From Octopus bimaculoides (lineage: Eukaryota), in the NCBI RefSeq assembly GCF_001194135.2, contig NC_068982.1, positions 148,183,036 through 148,247,035 on the forward strand: a DNA stretch of 64,000 bases, given 5' to 3'. A model generated the notes under the pieces. The model was given only the letters and a program-made list of their open reading frames with translations. It had not been told where the DNA came from and did no database searches. Every line of letters begins with the position of its first letter. Positions within the stretch are counted from its first letter, which is position 1. Shown here piece by piece: positions 53,421 to 62,421 of the stretch. The position numbers and the translations under genes are program-made.

Positions 53421-56400
53421 TGTACATGTATACAAGAGGGAGAGAGAGAGAGAGAGAGAATCCAATTACATATATAATGGCACTTACCAGAAGAAACTTG
53501 AAATTTTGCTCTAACTAATAATCAGGAAATTTTATTCTTGATATTGGTATTAAATATCTTTTAATATATGGTTCAACTAAGGCAGAGATCTTGCAGAATC
53601 GCTAGCATGTCCTGAGTTTAAATACCAGTTGTGTACTGGAGTCTATGTAATCGACTTATCCATCCTCCGAAATTGCTACAAAATTTAAAACCATTACATG
53701 GATCGTCGATTTTATCTATTATCTAAATGTCATCTATTTTATTGTGTTGCAGTCTCCTCAAGATTGATAGATCAATAATACACTAAATTTTTATTTCGGA
53801 GCCTGCCATACATTAACATGACAGGTGTTGGTGTAAAGGGAAAAAGTGAATACAAAAACAGTGTTTTTGGAGGAGTGAATTGTCAACCGAAACATTGCAT
53901 TAAGTAGTAGTTATTTTAGCGATTCCCAAAGATGAAACCGATTCCAAATAAATCTGAACTCAGGAACGAAAAAATGACGAGCATTATAAATTCAGCAAAA
54001 GATTTTACTTTCTGTTCTTATAGATTCTGAAATGCATTGTTTTCCTCATGTTCCACTATTATATTTAGATTATAGATATTACATTCTAGATTTATTTTAT
54101 CGAAACACATGGCACGCATTATATGATTCTGACACGTATTATATGATATGGATTTGGAGGAGAAAAAAAAGAACCTACAAGCCTACCAGTTGTTTGTTGC
54201 CGCATATAAAATACATGTCCTATTCGCTCACAAGTATAAACCAGGCAAGAATATGGCTGTCGTATTTTTCCCCCATCTGGATAACAAACTCCATTTACCC
54301 TACAACCTATGAATTAAAAAGAGACGTAATAAGTTTTGTTTTCTATTATCAACAATGTTCATGAAATACATGTTTGTTCTTGTAACACACTTATAAACGA
54401 TAAATTATCAATTTATCTTCAATGGTGAACATATTTCTATAGCTCGGAATTCATAAATTTCACATGGGCAAATTTCATTATTCAACTGATAAAACTGAAG
54501 TTTTTAACATACCTCTTAATTCCTTTTTCCACTTATATCCAGTAACTGGCGAATACGTACAAGTAAGTCGGATACACGTCCTTAAATTTATAATTTTACC
54601 ACACTCATAGCATCTGCGATTCAATCTACAGCCTGAAAAAATTAATAAGTCAGTTCCTTATAATCACAAAATATTGTTCAGAAAGTATAGAAATCTTTTT
54701 CAACTACTTGAATTGAAAATATTCAATATTCACTTAAGACTAATTAAGTTACGTATGTTTTATATTTGGATTGCGCTGGTATGTTTCAGTGCAGCGACAG
54801 CCAACTTATTGAAACGATAAACTGTGATCTTCTTCTTCTAGTCAGGTGTCGCACTATGCGATGCTGTGGTCATCACGATGTCTTGCCACCTTCTGTTCTC
54901 TGCCCCATGGACAGCTGAGAATAAAGACAACCCTGTGGCTGTGATGTCTTTTAGCCAAGAAGTGGGTAGTCTGCCTCTTTTACGTCTGCCGTATGCCCCA
55001 TTGACTGTAGTGCCCTTTGCTAGAAAATCCATCATCACAACTCCGCGCTGGTCCCAAAAGATTGTGAGTATTACCTTGCCTGCTGAGGGTTGGACACGAG
55101 CCTTCTTTGCAGGTGGTGAGTTATCATCCTTCCATTACTTCAACTGGACTCTAGCTCCATGATCATAGTGCTGGGTTCATATTTCATCCTGTGTGATAAG
55201 TCTGCTGAAAAAGTCCTCCTCGTTTTCTTGGTCAAAAGAGTGTGGGAGCAATTGACTCGTACCTGCTTCTGAAAAGGTCCGAGCATCCAGAGAATCCTTC
55301 GTGCAGATAACTTCTGCATGTACAAATCGGCGTGAAGGATGTTTTCCTCCGACCCTACACTCATCTTCACCTTTTAGGCTAGTTGCCGAATAGTTATGCG
55401 GTGATCCTCCAAAATGGCGGCTTCCACTTTATGGATGGTGTCGTCACCAATAGCGGTATGTGGTCGTCTAGAAATAGAAGTTTCCACCGATGTCCAACCA
55501 TATTTGAACTGGCGATGCCAGTGCTTGACTACGTCGTATGATGGTACGTTGTCACCATAGACTTCTTTCCCCTCACTGAAAGTCGCTTTTGGTGTACCAC
55601 CTTTCACGTATAAGAGTCTCATCACTTATCTGCATTCAACTGCCTCCATTATAACACCTTAGTCCACTTTAGCAGCTATGAAAGACAAACGAATACTAGT
55701 GGAAAGCTGCAATTTACAATGTGACATTTAGAGACATGTATAATTATATATGTACAAGTTCAGTTTCCTGCAACAACCGGAAATTGGTCAGAGGCCCAGT
55801 TCCCTCGTGTTGACTTCACGGAACTCTACTTCACTCTCACAGATAATGTCAATGTGGAAAAATGCATTGAGATTATTTGTGAGAGTGAAGTAGAGTTCCG
55901 TGAAGTAGGGTTCTGTGTTCAAACAGATTCTGCTATGCACGGCTCTCAACATCCGCTACTAACTATGTTTAAATATGTTTAAATAACAGCGATATAACGT
56001 TTTATACTTATTTTATCGAAACATATGGAAAACAGTAAATTCTGGCACGTATTATATGATATAAATTTAGAAAAGAAAAAAAAGAATATACAAGCGTACC
56101 AGTTACTTCATGCCGCACATAAGATAGACGTCCTTTTCGTTTACAAACATAAACCATGCAAGAAAGTGCCTGTTTTATTCCTTTCCCATATGGCTGACAA
56201 ACTCCATTTATCATACAGCCTATGAATTAAAAAGAAACACGATGAGTTTTGTATGTTTTCTATCAACAATGTTTATGAAATACATGTTAGTTCTTATAAT
56301 ACATGTTAGTTCTTGTAAAAGAACCTTATAAACGATAAATTATCAAAGAGTGAGTTGCATTTTCAGTAATAATGCGTTTCAATCGTAGTTCTAAACTAGG

Positions 56401-57070
56401 CAGCAAGCTGACAGGATCTTTTGCACTCGGGCAAAATGCTTAGTTCAAATTCCGTCGAGCTTTGCTTTCATCCGTTCTAGGTCGACAGTATGAGTACCAA
56501 CTGAGCACTGTGGTGGATTTAATCAACTTGTCACCAACCCTGAAATTGCTGGCCTTGTGCCAAAATGTGAAACCAATATTAGTTAAAACTAGGATGCTTG
56601 AAAAATGTCACTCTATTGTGATCGCAAGGAATACTCATGTCAATTAATAAACACACCGTTTTTGTCGGATCTTTTATAATAATATCCGGTTCATTAGCCT
56701 TTATAGTTTAGTCGGTATGTACGGGGAAGTCCCAGAGAATCGACGCATTTTCTCCCTCAGTCACAGCTTCAGGATGGTGTTTATACCATTTGTCAGCAGT
56801 TTTGATTTTATAATGCCGACATATTGTCCAGTGTAAATACTGGCCGACTCTGTCATGTCTTGCTTTATATTCTACAGGTACTAAGACTCTACACTCTGAG
56901 ATTAGGTGGTCTATAGTTTCAATCTCATCGTTACAGAATCGCTATTGTGGGTCAGCTCCATTTTTTATCACATTGGCTTGGTAGTTCCGGGTTAATAAGC
57001 TTTGGTCTTGAGCAGCTAATATGAAACCTTCACTCTCTGCTTTTAGCCCTGAGCTTCGTAATTATTATTA

Positions 57071-57132
<62 letters not shown>

Positions 57133-60100
57133 GTCTATGGAGAGCGGGTTTAAGGTTCTCAATAAAATTTTCCATTAGTCTTATAAATTCGCTTGAAATG
57201 TAAAGCTTTTAAAATGGGAACATTATAAATATTTTCTACAGCAAGTCTCTAAATGATTGCTTAATTCGTTCTGATGGACATATATTTCCGACTTTGTTGC
57301 CGGTGTACTCACGTGTTGCCTGTAATTCCTTTTAATTTTGGCACAAGCCCAGCAATTTTGAGGGGTTTGGGCAAGTCGATTGCATACACCTAATTATTTG
57401 ACCGGTACTAATTTTTATCAACTCCAAAAAGGATGAAAGACAAAGTCAACCTGGGGCAATTCTATCCAGAACGTAAAGTGCAAGAACGAACTGTCTCTAA
57501 ACCTTTCCCGATATGCTAATGATTGTAACATTTTGCTCCCCAGTGTGCGATCCGAAAATGAGTTTCATCTCTAGCCAATGTATATTTCTTCACAATTTGG
57601 ACATTCGATGTAGTAGATCACATTTCTGTTTTCACAGTTCATATTTGCATTTTCTTTCGGTTTTTGTGTTGATATACCGACTGGTATATACGAGCTGACA
57701 TGTACCAGAACGGTTATCATTGAATTTTGATACTGTAAACGTTTGATCGATGTTGTTTAGATCAAAATTTTCCTTTGCTACTATTGCTGCAAGTTTTGTT
57801 TTAGCTGCCTTTGTCTTTGAACAAGTGCACGATCTGTAAATAAATCTTTTAGTTTGTTTCTTTAAAAAGTTTTATCAAAATATATTCTGATATCACGGAT
57901 TGTTTATCACTATAAAAGATACGATATTCTGGTCTTGCGTTCCTCTTTGTTGGGAATCTATAAAGTTTTCAATAGGTATTGGTTTTTAAAATTGGATACT
58001 ATTTTCTATTAGTAGTTTTTAAGTCATTCTTCTCTGGTATCTACGTCTTCAAACATTTTCCCGATTAGACAATATGGAACAATACTTTGTGAATGTGCTA
58101 CATGTCATTATTAGAAGGTACGGATGTATATGTGTCTTTATAATTTATATCCTTTTTGATGTTGATATTTTTAAATACTATTATATTGAGAAATTATTAT
58201 TGTATATAGCTCATCTTCTTCGTGAATTTCAAAGTCGGATGTAGATTGTTTAGCTAGAAGTGAATTCTTCCAAACAGTAGATTTTCCCCAAATTAGAAAA
58301 CAATCATCTTTTCGGTGCACTCTGTCTAAATTCTTTTTAATGTGTGCCATAGTTTTCTTCTACTTTTTGATAAGTTCTTGCCTAGACTTTCCTAATACTG
58401 AATTTGTATAAACTGCAGCGTTGTCAAAATAGTGTGTTATACACATGGCTAAGGCTGGCAGCGCTTAATATAATAGCTATAGGGAATCGAATGGAAATCA
58501 CTTCTCTGTTTTTCGATCTAATGTTTAATTACCATTATTGCTAAATCACGAGGAAAATTTGTATTGTGGTTTACTACAAGAAATTTAACCATCACCGAAT
58601 TTGCTCTGTTGTTTTAGATAGATGATACAGGAAAGCAATGTCATCCCGAATGAATTTCAGTTCGTGAGTGTATAGAGGTTTCAAAATTACATCAGCAAAA
58701 TTGCTTAGTTGATGGGTAGATCGTACCGGACTAACTACGAGAGATCTAAATTTTGGGTAAGTTGGTTGTAGCAATTTTATGTATTCACCACCTTGTTCCT
58801 TTTTTGCGTGTTGTATTTCATTTGACATGTATTTGTTAGTTAGCCATAAATGTTGTAAGGTTTAAGTTCAAAATTCGTAATACATTCACTTTTATAAGTG
58901 GTGGTTTATGACGTTTTGAAACCAGATTACTAGGCTGCTTTATATTGTGGTGGTCTACATTTGTACATATTTCAGAGTAAATGGTTGTTCTTCAACTAAT
59001 CTTCGTCGAAATACCGATAATATTCGGCATCCATTATGACAATGACAATAACACCACTCTTATCTGCTTCTTTCGTCACTTTTGTATCATCCTTTTGGAG
59101 ACGTTTAAGTGTAGAATCTCTAATTTGGAAAATATTTCATCTGACACTATTTCATCTGCTTAAGCGAGAATTGGGAATATACTAGTTTAGACATGTATTT
59201 CTTCTCCTTAGCATCATGGATGATAAACACAGCGACACAGTTGAAACATATTGACCGGGTCCAACTTGTTGACAAGGTGTGTAAAAACATGGGTTGCAAA
59301 TTACGACATCCGATTGTAGGACGAGTGTTTCTGCGTCGTTATCTTACTTTTCCATATCCTACGAAGAAATTCTGTTATTATATGTAAAAACAGCAAATAA
59401 TAAATTTGTCAGTGTGTGCAAAGCGTCGTCAAACAGGAATTAATAATTAGAGACACATTTAACAAAGCCAGTAAGATATTTACTACTTCATGTGTTTGAG
59501 GAAAGAAACAACTGTATCTAGAAATATAACAAAAAATAGATATAAAAATGCAAAGAAATGCAATCAAAAGTAAATATATCAAATAAACTAACCCCTGTAT
59601 GCGATTGAACGGATTCCGCTAGTATCTTCTTTTCTCACGCATGGTTTTGATAAACCTAAAAAGTATAAAGAGTCGAGAAAATAAATAATTGATAGTAAAT
59701 GAGTTGTCAATGTGAGAAGGTAAATAGTTGGCTTTTGACGTGTTAACCCACACATCTACACGCATGCGCACACACAGACACACACACACACATTTTCTAA
59801 TATGTTATTTGAAAAACTTTTCTAGAATTAGAGGTAATCAATTAAAAATTAACATGATTTATCTCTACATCTATAAAATCATTACAGTGGAGCAGTAATT
59901 ATAGAACTGTATGAAGAACAACTGTATTGATATTGTAGTAAAATTGAATATTAATTCCATGCGATCTGCTGCAATACTTGTATTATATACGTGAACAGCT
60001 AATGGAAAGTTGTGGTACTTAATCTTCCGCAAAAGAATTTTTGTTGTAATGTGGTGCGGTCAGTTGAAGTGAGAAAAAGAAACGGTTGGGTAATTTACTA

Positions 60101-62068
60101 CTCTAGAGTACACTCACAAGCACTCTTGCACATAATCTAATTATAAATTAGATTAGAGCAACCTAATTACAAATTCAAACACATATCTTAATTGAACTTA
60201 TAATTAGATTTGCATCTCCCTTTTTTGACAAAATGAACTTCAATAATATCATTGACGAATAATATTCCTCCACTATTACTTCTGTTTAGCCTCTCTCTCT
60301 CTATCTATCTATCTCTCTCTTTCTCTATCTCTCTTTCTCTCTCTCTCTCTCTCCTATGATGGTATACTCGGCCTGTGGGATCCTCGCTTGACACGATGTT
60401 CCAACAGCGATGTTCTAGAAACAGGTGTTAGAGACTTTGTATACCCTTTTATTGTATAGCTAAATCAAATGTCCTTGTCAAATCTTCTCAAACCGTCTGC
60501 TTCTTTATTTCTGTTTTAATCTACATACACACATATAAACTTTGGAATTGAATGAAACTCTTTTCATGTAGCTGGATTTCGTTTCAGTATGCAGCACCAG
60601 TTCGTTCGGGTACATTTCCGTAAAGATTGAGAGGTAAAGGAATTCATTTAGTATGTGGTAAAGTTTTTATCATAGTGCTTGAATGCACTGGAAGGAACAT
60701 TCTCTGAGCCAGTGGCTCTGTTGATCTGAAAGAAGAGGAGCATGATGTGTATGCATGCACAGTGTAAACCCTGGTCGAATTGAAGTAGATGAATTTAGAG
60801 AGGTCAAATGCGGAGTGTGGAGCTAGACACAAAATGGGCTGAGAAAATGAAAACTTTCTGCATAAATTTATTGCTCACAGAATCCTTATTGTTGAGAGGT
60901 GGATAAAAAGAGCATTCTGCAAAGTTGGTGAAGATTCTTTTTGCACGGGACCAGAAAGACAGGATGCAGCTTTGGAGACAGGAATGCTTGAGAGCTGTGC
61001 TATGCACGAGACGGCCCTTTGCAAACTGGATAGGGGTTCTACATTTGGATTGTACAATGGACTGTACATTTACGCTCAAAAATGATAAAAAATATATGAG
61101 GGATATGATAAGCCATTCATTTGTGATTAACGTGTCGGTGTTTTAGAGGATGGAAAGCCTAGATGCTTGAATGTATGTTTTTATTTTTGGTATCATAAGG
61201 AATTATGGAAGGCTATGATACGTGGATAGGTTATGGAAGTCCAAACCAGAGATCTGGTCCGAAAGCCTACAGCAGTATCAATTCTACGAAAAGCACACTC
61301 AAGGTCGTAAAGATCATGTTTAACCTATCTCCTTCATAAAAGAGCGGAATATCTATACTTTATAAACGGGGAACGCTAATCAGTTTATCAAATTTTTTAT
61401 CACACTGCTGTGAACTTTTCAATGACTTTTCAAGCTACGAATACCTATTTCTCTTACGCCTGTTTTACTGTCATATAAAGCATTCATGTGTTGTTCAGGT
61501 TGCGTGTGAGTTGGTGTGTCATCGCGTTAATGTTTTGTTTCCATAAATACAGGTTTATTTTTTCGCTTATATTTTTATTTTTGTTTTTCTTGGTACTACA
61601 ATAATCACGCAAATGAAAATATGAAAATATAAATGGGCGCAATGTAAACAAAGCAAAAAACACGACAACATAACACGCACATAGGTCTTGATCACCTATA
61701 AATATATAATACTCGGCAACAAACAGAGAGAAAAACAGTTGGAGAATAAAAGTCATAAACAGAAGTCGTTACAGTTTTGTGCCTAAACATTTCTGACAAA
61801 CTGGTTAGTAAAATAGGCAACAATATTAAAGAAGTATACTACAATCAGTGCGAATGTTTTATGTAATTAGAAAAATCTCACTCACATACGTAGAATTAAT
61901 GTGTTGCAACATCAAACTGGAACCAGTAGTTATACGCTGTTCACAGATGAAAGTGACAATGGATTATAGAGATTACCAATTTACATGAGATTATGGAGTT
62001 TACTTACCTTGCGAAGTTGCTGGTGTGTACGCTATACATAGGCTGATTAAGAGCAAGAAACACCTCAT
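40067..62068 (-). CDS. Gene A: secreted cationic Cys-rich modular protein, 10 coding exons (signal, linker, 7 modules X-Y-X-Y-Y-Z-W, terminal GCS*), predicted 322 aa
   Basis: Exons 62008-62068, 59593-59655, 56100-56219, 54513-54632, 54187-54306, 50582-50704, 50199-50318, 44823-44939, 41969-42082 and 40067-40077 have canonical AG/GT splice sites where expected, are all phase 1, and sum to 969 nt (323 codons) with no internal stop. The architecture parallels gene B. No transcript evidence is available here. Confidence 0.85.
41969..42082 (-). CDS. Gene A module 7 (W type) [39 protein letters not shown]
   Basis: TTTTTTTATTCTGGCAG| acceptor, AAGG|GTGAGC donor, 114 nt; not in the ORF track. Confidence 0.88.
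43270..43800 (-). mobile_element. Penelope-like RT fragment
   Basis: ORF 43270..43566 (KEAPYY...[24 protein letters not shown]) resembles the region downstream of the Penelope RT. Confidence 0.6.
44823..44939 (-). CDS. Gene A module 6 (Z type) [40 protein letters not shown]
   Basis: TTTTTCCCCTCAAAG| acceptor, ATGG|GTAAGC donor, 117 nt. Confidence 0.9.
45950..46900 (-). mobile_element. R4/Dong-like non-LTR retrotransposon 3' relic
   Basis: [33 protein letters not shown]...VGALG is the RLE-domain motif typical of the R4 clade. Confidence 0.8.
47527..47589. repeat. (TAT)n microsatellite
   Basis: Direct reading; another at ~57060-57131. Confidence 0.95.
50199..50318 (-). CDS. Gene A module 5 (Y type) [41 protein letters not shown]
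   Basis: TTTTTCAG| acceptor, ACAG|GTATGC donor, 120 nt; lies within track ORF 50128..50349. Confidence 0.9.
50582..50704 (-). CDS. Gene A module 4 (Y type) [42 protein letters not shown]
   Basis: TTTTTTTCAG| acceptor, ACAG|GTACGT donor, 123 nt. Confidence 0.9.
51425..52500 (+). mobile_element. Degenerate mariner transposon
   Basis: Frameshifted transposase remnants (DDPSSGRP..., [29 protein letters not shown]). Confidence 0.75.
53327..53416. repeat. (TG)n microsatellite
   Basis: Direct reading; many other (TA)n, (CA)n, (TATG)n and (TCTA)n tracts occur, usually next to N-gaps. Confidence 0.95.
54187..54306 (-). CDS. Gene A module 3 (X type) [41 protein letters not shown]
   Basis: TTCATAG| acceptor, ACTG|GTAGGC donor, 120 nt; paralog of 56100-56219 including intron flanks. 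Confidence 0.9.
54513..54632 (-). CDS. Gene A module 2 (Y type) [41 protein letters not shown]
   Basis: TTTTTTCAG| acceptor, AGAG|GTATGT donor, 120 nt; carries a fifth Cys. Confidence 0.9.
54950..55790 (-). mobile_element. Degenerate mariner transposon
   Basis: ORFs 55374..55625 and 55140..55370 ([15 protein letters not shown]...[10 protein letters not shown]; [11 protein letters not shown]); [15 protein letters not shown]. Confidence 0.8.
55813..55906. repeat. 94-nt near-perfect hairpin (42-bp stem, 10-nt loop)
   Basis: acttcacggaactctacttcactctcacagataatgtcaatg pairs with cattgagattatttgtgagagtgaagtagagttccgtgaagt with 2 non-Watson-Crick positions. Confidence 0.9.
56100..56219 (-). CDS. 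Gene A module 1 (X type) [41 protein letters not shown]
   Basis: TTCATAG| acceptor, ACTG|GTACGC donor, 120 nt, 4-Cys pattern. Confidence 0.9.
57850..59350 (-). mobile_element. Penelope-like retroelement relic
   Basis: [28 protein letters not shown]...FIRDDIAFL resembles the Penelope RT N-terminal region. Confidence 0.7.
59593..59655 (-). CDS. Gene A linker exon (G)[20 protein letters not shown](G)
   Basis: CTTTTTAG|GT...AGGG|GTTAGT; 63 nt, phase 1-1; same length and KPC motif as the gene B linker exon. Confidence 0.8.
62008..62068 (-). CDS. Gene A signal-peptide exon [20 protein letters not shown](G)
   Basis: Acceptor tttcag before 62077, ATG at 62068, donor CAAG|GTAAGT at 62008. 61 coding nt, as in the B and C paralogs; hydrophobic core. 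Confidence 0.9.
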
Positions 62069-62111
62069 TTTTCTTTCCTGAAAGGAAAATTATCACAAAA
62101 GTAAATGTTAT

Positions 62112-62186
<75 letters not shown>

Positions 62187-62287
62187 CATACACATACATA
62201 CATACACATGCATGTATACACACACACACACACACGCACACGCACACATATGTATATATATATATTAAAGTAATATAGTTAATGTCT

Positions 62288-62421
62288 GGTCATAGAGTGA
62301 CCAATGGTTCCACATCCACGAAAGCTGTAGCTTCGCGGACAACTCATCGGTTTAGAGTCTGGTGAACCGTCCGCGAAGCTACAGCTTTCGTGGGTGCGGA
62401 ACAATTGGCCACCTTATGACC
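62288..62421. repeat. GC-rich hairpin with a 25-bp perfect core stem
   Basis: ccacgaaagctgtagcttcgcggac (62316-62340) pairs with gtccgcgaagctacagctttcgtgg (62369-62393), with imperfect extension outwards. Confidence 0.85.

Noticed and set aside
61484-61756. ORF containing GDQDLCACY after a TAG acceptor, and ORFs 3998..4192 / 4105..4308 in the paralogous region
   Set aside because: No suitable donor, and the homologous nucleotides are read in different frames in A and C; treated as a conserved non-coding element.
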